A stretch of 12,489 nt of DNA from Candidatus Methylomirabilia bacterium (GTDB lineage: Bacteria > Methylomirabilota > Methylomirabilia > Rokubacteriales > CSP1-6). The translations under genes were made by a program, and so were the position numbers. The stretch spans positions 1 to 12,489 of the forward strand of contig JBHIBG010000082.1 in assembly GCA_046758965.1 (NCBI GenBank), in the 5' to 3' direction. Every line of letters begins with the position of its first letter. Positions within the stretch are counted from its first letter, which is position 1. A model generated the notes under the pieces. The model searched no databases. It had not been told where the DNA came from and saw nothing but the letters and a program-made list of their open reading frames with translations. This document shows positions 1 through 7,150 of this stretch, piece by piece.

Positions 1-1
1 G

Positions 2-229
2 CTAGCGGGTGACCACAAACCCGTGGGAGCGGAGATCATTCGCGCTGACTGGCTGGCGTCGGCGGTCAGCCCGACGTCGCTCCGACTCCTGCGCCTGGAC
101 GTGCTGCCGCCGCTCCCCGCACCGCCGATCCAGGGTAACCTGCATACCTCTCTGCCCGGCTGCCTCGTCCGTCAGACAGCCGTAGAGCTGAAACCTGTCT
201 CGCGCTACGACGATCAAAAGCCTGGCCAC
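2..229 (-). CDS. Small hypothetical protein (75 aa) with tandem [DE]RRxx[DE]RR motifs; paralog of 7728-7976
   Basis: GTG start with GAGG upstream; TAG stop at 2-4; 30 of the first 60 residues identical, without gaps, to the 7728-7976 product; strong upstream sigma70 promoter. Confidence 0.8.
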   Translation of the reverse strand: MARLLIVVARDRFQLYGCLTDEAAGQRGMQVTLDRRCGERRQHVQAQESERRRADRRRQPVSANDLRSHGFVVTR

Positions 230-314
230 TTTCTCTCAAACCTCGCTATGAGCGGCCCGATTTCGACTTCCCCGTGCTCACCCCGGGAGCCAGACGCTCA
301 CGCGACCTGGACGG

Positions 315-343
315 AGTGTAAGCGCGGTCGAAGCGGCTGTCAA
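315..343 (-). promoter_or_regulatory. Sigma70-type promoter for the 2-229 gene
   Basis: Minus strand TTGACA (343-338), 17-nt spacer, TACACT (320-315). Confidence 0.75.
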
Positions 344-429
344 GCCGTGTCCTCGTTCAGGACATGTGAGACACAGGGCGACAATGGCGAGTCTCGCAGG
401 AATGTACCGGTTGCCCGCGAGGCAGCCGG

Positions 430-1623
430 TCAACGGTCGGAGAGGCGAAGCCTCTCCCGAACTTGCCCCAAGGCGGTCAGGGCGATGGCCATGCTGGCTG
501 CCAGGCCAATCCAGGCCGCTCGATAGCCGCCGAGCTGCTCCACTGCCCACCCGAACAGCGGCGGGCCCAGGATGACCCCCAGGGCGGAGAACGCCAGCCC
601 CAACCCGAGAGCAGTCCCGGCCGCTGTTGGGCCCGCCAGCTCGGCCATGAGAGTGTGCTGAACCCCATTCCAGCCGATTCCCACAAATCCGAATGCCAGG
701 GTCAGGGGCCAGAGGTGCCATGCGGGAGAACCAGGACCCGTCGCCGCAATGGCGATAGAGCAGATCATCGACCCGGTCCCCGCCAGGAAGAGGACAACCC
801 GCCTCTGCCCTCCGAAGAGACGGTCGGAGAGAACTCCGAAGGTCACCCGCCCGAGCACTCCGGTGACCTGAGCCCGGGCCAGATACCCTGCTGCGCTTAC
901 CACCGAGAGGCGGACAACCTCGTGGAGGTAGAGCACGAGGAAGCTCAGCCAGACTGTCTGCAACATGGCGAAGATAAGCGTGGCCACAGAGAGCCACCAG
1001 AGGTCTCTCGACGCGAGCACGGTCCGAACCGTCGCCGAGATGCTCACCGCGGAGGCGCGGGGCTGATCCGGCAGGTCCCGGTACAGGAGCAGCGTAGTGA
1101 ACCCCAAGGCCGCGGTGCCGGCGGCTGCGGATGCCACCGCGGCGCGCCACCCGAGGGAGAGCCCAAGGACCGGGAGCAGAACCGCGCCGAGGACTCCACC
1201 AAACGGCAGGCTGGTCTGCTTTATCCCGACAGCGGTGGCGCGCTGTCGCGGGGGAAACCAGGCGATCACCGCTTTGGTGGAGGTCGGGTTCAGCAACCCG
1301 TAGCCCAATCCCGCCAGGACGGTCAGCGCGGCCAGCGCCGTGAACGACCCGGCCAACGAACCGGCCAGGAGGCCGAAGGCGATGAAGAGGTGGCCAGCCA
1401 CCAGGATGCCGCGGATCCCCCAGCGGTCCGCAAGCCACCCCGCAGGAAGCGAGATGAGAAGAGGCCCGACGTAGTAGGCCGAGAGGAAGGAGCCTGCCTG
1501 GCTGAGCGAGAGATGGAGGTCGTCCCGGATGAGCGGGGCGATGGCGGGGAGCCCCATCGGCCCAATGTTGGCCACGGTCTGAGCGGTGAGGAGAAGGGCC
1601 AGAATGCCCCAGGGCGAGGTCAA
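430..1623 (-). CDS. MFS transporter (397 aa)
   Basis: About 12 hydrophobic segments; MFS motif A twice (GWLADRWGIR, GVLSDRLFGGQRR); TTG start overlaps the cupin TGA stop (TTGA), suggesting translational coupling. Confidence 0.93.
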   Translation of the reverse strand: MTSPWGILALLLTAQTVANIGPMGLPAIAPLIRDDLHLSLSQAGSFLSAYYVGPLLISLPAGWLADRWGIRGILVAGHLFIAFGLLAGSLAGSFTALAALTVLAGLGYGLLNPTSTKAVIAWFPPRQRATAVGIKQTSLPFGGVLGAVLLPVLGLSLGWRAAVASAAAGTAALGFTTLLLYRDLPDQPRASAVSISATVRTVLASRDLWWLSVATLIFAMLQTVWLSFLVLYLHEVVRLSVVSAAGYLARAQVTGVLGRVTFGVLSDRLFGGQRRVVLFLAGTGSMICSIAIAATGPGSPAWHLWPLTLAFGFVGIGWNGVQHTLMAELAGPTAAGTALGLGLAFSALGVILGPPLFGWAVEQLGGYRAAWIGLAASMAIALTALGQVRERLRLSDR

Positions 1624-1976
1624 GGCGAGGATACCGAGGACAACAACTCATTGGGTCGTTCGAAGATCGCGAGAACGACACACCCGGCTGGGGTCCACGC
1701 TGGATGGACCGACCCCGGCCTCCGCCAGACGAAATTCCCCGTCGTGCACGTTCCGTCTTCGTCTACCAGCGCCCCCTCAAGGACAAGACTCTGCTCCACA
1801 CCCACATGGTTGTGATGGGGGGTTGCAGAGCCGGGAGCCATTCGGACCAGCATCGTCTGCCCGCCTGAGGCGTCAGCGTACAGGAGCTTCGTGTCGACGC
1901 CGGGGCTTCCCGTCGGCTCCCACGCGATCTCGGACAGATCGATGTAGACAGATCGCTCGGTCTCTTTACGGGTCAT
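1620..1976 (-). CDS. ChrR-like cupin domain protein (about 118 aa)
   Basis: Cupin motifs PHHNHVGVEQSLVLEG and GNFVWRRPGSVH. Start moved from 2006 to ATG 1976 because AGGAG lies 7 nt upstream. Confidence 0.88.
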   Translation of the reverse strand: MTRKETERSVYIDLSEIAWEPTGSPGVDTKLLYADASGGQTMLVRMAPGSATPHHNHVGVEQSLVLEGALVDEDGTCTTGNFVWRRPGSVHPAWTPAGCVVLAIFERPNELLSSVSSP

Positions 1977-2278
1977 GTGATGGCTCCTGTTCTCGAATGG
2001 CTCCACGGCAATTCAGCGCGTGTCGATGACGCCACCCCGCTTGCCTGATCCGGCTCTCCTCCGCCGGCACCGTGGGGAGCTCCGGCTCGATCTATCTCCA
2101 CGCTTCACCGGCCGTCCGGGATCTTCCTCGCATGCAGCCACGCTCCCGGTGCTGGGCGGCGAGCATCGTGCGGCCAGCATAACGCACTCGGGTGGCACTG
2201 GGGAATCCCGGACACGCGGGATGTCGCTCCGGTCTCAATTATTGACTGGCGCATTTCTCATGTCCCATGTGTCCCGAA

Positions 2279-2332
2279 CCCTCTCACCTCCAATCCTCTC
2301 CCCCTTCGAGGGGGAGAGGGAAGGTGAGGGGG
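2279..2332. repeat. REP-like GC-rich palindromic element
   Basis: CCTCTCCCCCT (2295-2305) pairs with AGGGGGAGAGG (2309-2319); outer CTCACCT (2283-2289) pairs with AGGTGAG (2322-2328). Resembles the CCCTCACCC..CCCTCTCCC..GGGAGAGGG class of dispersed palindromes. Confidence 0.7.
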
Positions 2333-2377
2333 ATATCCGTCGATGCCCATAGGACATGTGTTTGCAGCCCTCAATAG

Positions 2378-2407
2378 TTGACAAGCCAGCCGCGCCCCAC
2401 CTAGACT
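2378..2407 (+). promoter_or_regulatory. Sigma70-type promoter for the 2495-4021 gene
   Basis: TTGACA (2378-2383), 18-nt spacer, TAGACT (2402-2407); RBS GAGGAG 7 nt before ATG 2495. Confidence 0.65.
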
Positions 2408-2494
2408 GCCGCCAGGAAAGCCATGAGGCCGAACTTTCCGCTGTAACGCGTCGTTCGTTGGCCAATCACCCTTGAGACGGAGAGGAGTCGTGCG

Positions 2495-4021
2495 ATGACA
2501 TTGGACATAGAGGCGATCACCCCGTTCCTGAATCGAGTGATGACCTCCCTCCCCTCGCTTCTCTTCGGGCTCCTCATCCTCCTGGTGGGATACCTCGTCG
2601 CCAAGGTGAGTGCGGGCGTGGTCCGCCGCGTCGTGCGCCGGAGCACCTTGGATGCGCGGACCGCCGAGCTGCTGGGGCTGGAGGCTCCGGCCGGGCCGCA
2701 ATCGGTGCAGTCTGCGATCGCTCGGATCACCTTCTGGCTCATCATGCTCCTGGTCCTGATCGGGTTCTTCAGCCAGATCGGCCTGTCACTGGTGGCAGAA
2801 CCTCTCAGGAGCATGATGGAGAAAGTCACCGCTGCCGCCCCGAACCTCTTGCAGTCCGGGCTGATCCTCATCGTGGCGTGGGTCCTCGCCGCACTGCTGC
2901 GCTTTCTCACCGTGAACGTGGCGACTCGGCTGGAGCTCGATCGACGCATCGGGCGATATCTGACCCCCGAGGGCGCCGAGCCGCTGGCGCTCCCCCAGAC
3001 GTTGGGGACGCTCGTCTTTTACCTGGTGCTCCTGGTGGCGGTCCCTCCCTTCCTCGCCGCTCTGGGTCAGGCCGCCATCGTGGACCCGCTCGTCGAGATG
3101 TTCGGGATCTTCCTGACGTACCTGCCGAACATCGCGGGGGCGGCCCTGACCATCGGGGTGGGTTGGGTCGTGGCGCGGATTCTCCGCGAAGTCGTGCGCA
3201 ATGTCCTAGTCGCCGCCGGGGTGGACCGCACCCTCGATCGGGCCGGGCTGGCCCAGCCCATGGGCGAGGTACAACTGTCGGGGACCATCGCGATGGTCGT
3301 TTACTTCGTCGTCTGGGTTCCGTTCATCGTGGCGGGGCTTGATACGCTGAGGATCGAGGCAGTCTCCGGCCCGGCCATCGCGGCCCTGAATGCCCTGCTC
3401 GCCTGGGTCCCGAAGGGGCTGGGGGCCCTGGTCATCCTGCTCCTGGCCTGGGTGATCAGCCGCTTCCTCGGCAACCTCGTCGCCCAGCTCTTCCGCGGGA
3501 TCGGTTTTGACAGCCTCCCTCAAAAGCTAGGCTTGCCCGCCGCGCCACCGACCGTGGGGGGGCGAACGCTCTCCGAGCTTGCCGGGGCTGTGGTCACTGC
3601 GGTCGTCATGCTTTTCGCGCTGATCGAGGCGTTCCACGTGATCGGGCTGAGCCAGCTCGCTGCCTTCGGAGACCGTCTCGTGGCCTTCGTCGTGGATGTC
3701 GTCATCGCCGGGTTCATCCTCGGCATCGGGCTGTGGGTCGGGCACTTCGTTCAGGGGGTGCTCCAGGCAGCCCTGGAGCGCGCCGGGTCCCGTCATCCGA
3801 GACTCATCGGGGTTGCGGCGAGGTACACCGTCGCCTTCTTCGCCTTCACGATGGCCCTTCAACAGATCGGCTTCGGACAGCAGATCGTCGTGATGGCGTT
3901 CACCTTGCTCTTCGGCGCCGTCTGCCTGGCTCTGGCGCTGGCCTTCGGGCTCGGCTCGAGGGAGGCGGCCGCGCGGGTTGTGGAGCGCGCCGTCGGAGAG
4001 GAACGAGACCCCTCGCGATAG
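2495..4021 (+). CDS. Conserved TM-helix repeat membrane protein (CmpX-like / MscS TM-related, 508 aa)
   Basis: Five repeats of the TM_helix pattern (LPSLLFGLLILLVGYLVAK, APNLLQSGLILIVAWVLAA, LPNIAGAALTIGVGWVVAR, VPKGLGALVILLLAWVISR, VVDVVIAGFILGIGLWVGH); C-terminal ALAFGLGSREAA; good RBS. Confidence 0.88.
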   Translation: MTLDIEAITPFLNRVMTSLPSLLFGLLILLVGYLVAKVSAGVVRRVVRRSTLDARTAELLGLEAPAGPQSVQSAIARITFWLIMLLVLIGFFSQIGLSLVAEPLRSMMEKVTAAAPNLLQSGLILIVAWVLAALLRFLTVNVATRLELDRRIGRYLTPEGAEPLALPQTLGTLVFYLVLLVAVPPFLAALGQAAIVDPLVEMFGIFLTYLPNIAGAALTIGVGWVVARILREVVRNVLVAAGVDRTLDRAGLAQPMGEVQLSGTIAMVVYFVVWVPFIVAGLDTLRIEAVSGPAIAALNALLAWVPKGLGALVILLLAWVISRFLGNLVAQLFRGIGFDSLPQKLGLPAAPPTVGGRTLSELAGAVVTAVVMLFALIEAFHVIGLSQLAAFGDRLVAFVVDVVIAGFILGIGLWVGHFVQGVLQAALERAGSRHPRLIGVAARYTVAFFAFTMALQQIGFGQQIVVMAFTLLFGAVCLALALAFGLGSREAAARVVERAVGEERDPSR

Positions 4022-4058
4022 CGCGCGGGAAACACGAAACCATCGTGAGCGGCGCGGG

Positions 4059-5297
4059 TCAGGGGAGCGATGGCTCGGCCCTGGCCCGCACCGGCGCCTC
4101 AGAAATCGCCCAGCTCATGGCCGCCGCGGCGGCACAGAGCACCGCTCCGCCCAGGAAGAAGAACATGTAGCTCCCGGCCAGATCGTGGATGAGCCCGCCG
4201 ACATACGAGCCCGTGGCCGAGCCGATCTGGTGGCTCAGCGAGACGAGGCCGATTACGGTGCCGCCGGATTGGCGGCCGAAGAGCGTGGTGGAAAGGACCG
4301 TGGTCGGAGGGACCGTGGAGAAGTCCACGATACCGAACGCGACGGCGAACACGAAGAGCATGAGTGGGTCACGGACAAGAACGAGGAAGAGGAGCGTAAC
4401 CGCCCGCCCCGCGTAGACCCACCCCAGCAGCCACTTGTGCCCCCACCGATCCGAGACGGCTCCGGAAGCGAGCGTCGCCATGACGTTGAAGGCTCCCAGC
4501 ACACCAAAGGCCGCCGCCGCGGTGACCCGATCGATCTCCATATCCTCGGCGAAGGGAATGAAGTGCGGGTCAATCAGCCCTGCGGTAGTGAAGCCGCAGA
4601 TCCAGAAGCTCCCCGCCAGCCACCAGAAGTTCTTCTGCCAGGCAATGGTTGCCAGCGGCCGGGGCCGACCGTCCGCCGCGCCGCGCACCACGCGAGCCTC
4701 GAGCCCGCCCGGGGGCTCGTCCTTGAGAAATAGCAGCATCAGCGGGGCGGCGATCAAGAACACGCTCGCCCCGCACCAGATAAAGGCCAGCCGCCAGCCG
4801 GCCACCTTCATAAACGCTGCGATGGCCGGGACAAGGAGGACCTGTCCCGCCGCAGCCCCCGCCATGACGATTCCCATGGCCAGGGCCTTCTTCCTTTTTA
4901 TCCACCGGGCGATGGCCACCGCCGCGGTGACATTGGAGGCCCCGCCCACGGCCCCCATGTTGCCGATGCCGAAGGTCAGGTAGGCTTGCCACAGGGTCTG
5001 GATGAAGCCGACCGCCACCATGGAGATCCCCAAGAGGGCCAGACTTCCGGCGAAAACTTTCCGCGGCCCGTAGCGGTCCGCCCAGCGACCGGCCAACGGC
5101 TGGGCGAGGCCGTACGTCAAGAGACCCACTGAGGCCGTAAAGCTCACCGCAGCCCGGTCCCAGCCGAACTCGTTTTCCCAGGGACTAACCAGCAGCCCGA
5201 TGGTGGAGCGAGTCCCGGTGGCCACGGCCAGGGCGAAGAAGGCCAGGGCAACAATCACCCAGGCGTACGGCAGCTCGCGTTCACGCGCCTCATCCAC
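4059..5297 (-). CDS. MFS transporter (412 aa, MCT/OFA-like)
   Basis: Motif A twice (GRWADRYGPR, GAVSDRWGHK); N-terminal YAWVIV; C-terminal HQIGSATGSYVGGLIHDLAGSY; GTG start with AGGAGA RBS. Confidence 0.93.
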   Translation of the reverse strand: MDEARERELPYAWVIVALAFFALAVATGTRSTIGLLVSPWENEFGWDRAAVSFTASVGLLTYGLAQPLAGRWADRYGPRKVFAGSLALLGISMVAVGFIQTLWQAYLTFGIGNMGAVGGASNVTAAVAIARWIKRKKALAMGIVMAGAAAGQVLLVPAIAAFMKVAGWRLAFIWCGASVFLIAAPLMLLFLKDEPPGGLEARVVRGAADGRPRPLATIAWQKNFWWLAGSFWICGFTTAGLIDPHFIPFAEDMEIDRVTAAAAFGVLGAFNVMATLASGAVSDRWGHKWLLGWVYAGRAVTLLFLVLVRDPLMLFVFAVAFGIVDFSTVPPTTVLSTTLFGRQSGGTVIGLVSLSHQIGSATGSYVGGLIHDLAGSYMFFFLGGAVLCAAAAAMSWAISEAPVRARAEPSLP

Positions 5298-5403
5298 GGG
5301 TATCTCTCCTGTGCCCGGACTCAGGGCCCGCGAGAATCAGGCCGTCGCCTCTCACCTCAGCTGACCTCGATCCCCCGGCCCCGGGTCTTAAAGAACGCAC
5401 GTG

Positions 5404-5412
5404 TGGTAGGAT
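5404..5412 (+). promoter_or_regulatory. Extended -10 promoter, probably giving a leaderless mRNA
   Basis: TGGTAGGAT (TGn-TAnnnT) ends 7 nt before ATG 5420; no clear SD sequence. Confidence 0.55.
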
Positions 5413-5419
5413 AGGGCCC

Positions 5420-5953
5420 ATGAAATTCCTCTGCGTGGAATGTGACGAGCCGATGCGCCTTCAGCGGAGCGAGGGCCCGGACGAGGGCTCGCTCACTGCG
5501 ACATTTGGCTGCCCGCGCTGCAGCCGCCGCATCGCAATGCTCACCAATCCCTTCGAGACCCAGCTGGTCCGAAGCCTCGGGGTGAAAGTGGGCGGCCGCG
5601 ACAAGCCGATTGTCCCGTTCGAACACCTGCGCGCCTCCATGGCCCACCAGCGGGAACAGGCCTTTCAGGCTGGCGATGCCGCGACCCCCCAAGGGGCCGG
5701 AGCCGACGTGGGAGTGGCCAGCGGGGAAAACAGTACGCCCGGATGCCCCTTCGCCGCGATGGTCGCGGGTCAGGAGGAAGGCAGCTCCGGCTCGATCGCC
5801 TGGAGCCCGGAGGCCGAGGCCCGGATTGAGCGGATCCCGTCCTTCATCCGCCCGATGGCCAAGAAAGCCATCGAGCGCTACGCCGAGGGCAAGCGCTATC
5901 GCCTCATCACCGAAGCGATCATGGACGAGGCCCGAAGCGCTCTAGGAATGTAG
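5420..5953 (+). CDS. Cys4 zinc-ribbon-like protein with C-terminal PCP_red (protochlorophyllide reductase subunit B C-terminal-like) domain, 177 aa
   Basis: CVECD...CPRC at the N-terminus; central GCPF; C-terminal WSPEAEARIERIPSFIRPMAKKAIERYA...ITEAIMDEAR matches the PCP_red pattern. Confidence 0.85.
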   Translation: MKFLCVECDEPMRLQRSEGPDEGSLTATFGCPRCSRRIAMLTNPFETQLVRSLGVKVGGRDKPIVPFEHLRASMAHQREQAFQAGDAATPQGAGADVGVASGENSTPGCPFAAMVAGQEEGSSGSIAWSPEAEARIERIPSFIRPMAKKAIERYAEGKRYRLITEAIMDEARSALGM

Positions 5954-5977
5954 CAGCCGGCTCTACCCGCAGCGCCT

Positions 5978-6169
5978 TCACCGCCGCACCTTCACGTGAC
6001 GGCTGTATTGCCTGTGGCACCGCGGGCAGCGCAGCCACCCACTTCGCACCCGCTTCACGATCCAGCCACAGTGCGGGCAGAGCTGGAGCACGCGCCGCCC
6101 AAACGTCCACCCGCCGAAGCCGGCGAGGCCAAGGGCTGCCAGGATGACGAGCCCGACCACCCACTCCAT
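5978..6169 (-). CDS. Small single-TM membrane protein with a C-terminal zinc ribbon (63 aa)
   Basis: Hydrophobic N-terminus (WVVGLVILAALGLAGFGGW) followed by CPHC-x13-CPRC and a basic tail. Confidence 0.75.
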   Translation of the reverse strand: MEWVVGLVILAALGLAGFGGWTFGRRVLQLCPHCGWIVKRVRSGWLRCPRCHRQYSRHVKVRR

Positions 6170-6229
6170 CGGAACCTTAGTCGACGGACAGCGTCACTCC
6201 TGGGACGCGGGCTGAGCGGGCCCTTGGGC

Positions 6230-6586
6230 TCATCTCCGGCAGGGTCCCTCTAGCGCCTCGCCGTAAAGCTCCTCGGTATACCCGCGCACCAAAACGTCCC
6301 CGAGGACCAGGACAGGAACGCGGAGGAACCCGTCAGCATGGATCAGATGTGCCCGGATCTCGGCCCCCGTGAGGGGAGTCTGCTGAGTATCCACACGGAG
6401 AGTCTCCTGTCCCACCTTGATGAGGAGCCGGCGAGCGCGGCGGGTCAGAGCGATGGTAGCCGCCAAGTCCATCCCTGAGCGCTCGATCGAGCGGCTCTCG
6501 TGGGCAACGCCCCGTTGCGAGAGAAACTCCCCCGCGTCCGCGCAGGCCGGTCAGCCCTCTCGAGTGTAAAGGATTGCGCGATCCAT
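6230..6586 (-). CDS. Putative ArsC/Spx-like selenoprotein (thioredoxin fold, UxxC), 118 aa with Sec at codon 12
   Basis: ATG 6586 with GGAGAGGGG RBS reads MDRAILYTREG-UGA(6553-6551)-PAC-ADAGEFLSQRGV and continues in frame into the 6230-6472 ORF, which ends with ArsC-like GFLRVPVLVLGDVLVRGYTEELY. Confidence 0.85.
6509..6550 (-). promoter_or_regulatory. Candidate bacterial SECIS element
   Basis: mRNA GCGGGGGA-GUU-UCUCUCGC (6535-6517) forms an 8-bp stem with two G-U pairs and a G at the start of the apical loop, 23 nt after the UGA; a weak lower stem GCCUG/CGGGGC is possible. Confidence 0.65.
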
Positions 6587-6606
6587 GCCCCTCTCCGGCA
6601 AGCGCA

Positions 6607-6635
6607 ATTGTAGCGTCGGACACCCCGGCCGTCCA
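6607..6635 (-). promoter_or_regulatory. Sigma70-type promoter for the putative selenoprotein gene
   Basis: TGGACG (6635-6630), 17-nt spacer, TACAAT (6612-6607), ending 20 nt before ATG 6586. Confidence 0.6.
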
Positions 6636-6793
6636 GGGAACTCCGCTTGCGCGCCCGGGCCGGCGGCGCGACAGAAAAGAGCAGCACACCACCCCCCGCG
6701 AGCCTCGACGCTCAGAGGCCTACACGCGGGGCGAGGTCAGGGAAGCCTGAAGGTGCCGGGCGGAGTTAGGACAACCCGCTCTGAGTCTCGCGC

Positions 6794-6952
6794 CTACCGC
6801 TTCGCAAGCCGCTTGCGCTTGACGTATGACCAAAGCTTCTTGGTCATCTCAGACGGGCCGATGGGCTTCGAGCCAAACACCGACTCCACCGAGTCCTTGC
6901 GGCCCTTGAAGCTGATGGAGTACCCTCCAAACGCTGCCTTCTTTTTCGCCAT
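6794..6952 (-). CDS. Small basic SWIB/MDM2-like microprotein (52 aa), absent from the ORF track
   Basis: MAKKKAAFGGYSISFKGRKDSVESVFGSKPIGPSEMTKKLWSYVKRKRLAKR*; strong RBS AGGAGGGAGG; VFGSKPIGPSEMTKKLWSYVK resembles the SWIB helix (xxGxxPxxRxEVTKKLWxYIK). Confidence 0.85.
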   Translation of the reverse strand: MAKKKAAFGGYSISFKGRKDSVESVFGSKPIGPSEMTKKLWSYVKRKRLAKR

Positions 6953-7150
6953 CGCGTGTCCTCCCTCCTACGCCACGTGAACTGCGCAACTCGTGCTGCC
7001 TACCGAGGCGCGCCCTCGTCGCCCGGCGCCTCCCGATCCAGCAGAGAGTATTATCCTCGGTTTACGAGGGAGAAAAAAGGAAAAAATACTACCCCTAGGG
7101 GGGGGACCCGGCTGCGCCTCCTAGAAGATGGGTCTCGAACCCGGCAGGTG

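Noticed and set aside
278..1815. Long alternative ORFs 278-1681 (-) and 463-1815 (+)
   Set aside because: Shadow frames of the GC-rich MFS and cupin genes; Arg/Pro/Gly-rich with no motifs.
2043..2079. CCTGATCCGG...GCCGGC...GTGGGGA resembles the 3' half of a TPP riboswitch
   Set aside because: No CTGAGA motif or UAAU-type loop, and no thiamine-related gene in a suitable position.
2013..2465. Short ORFs 2013-2198, 2020-2352 and 2235-2465
   Set aside because: No recognisable protein features or RBS; they run through the palindrome and promoter sequences.
6445..6980. Track ORFs 6445-6687 (-), 6333-6692 (-) and 6585-6980 (+)
   Set aside because: They overlap the better-supported selenoprotein and SWIB-like genes and show no motifs.
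7055..7090. Hairpin CCTCG-GTTTA-CGAGG next to A-tracts as an intrinsic terminator
   Set aside because: On the minus strand the T-tracts precede the hairpin, and on the plus strand the hairpin is followed by A's. It is more likely part of an AT-rich promoter region.
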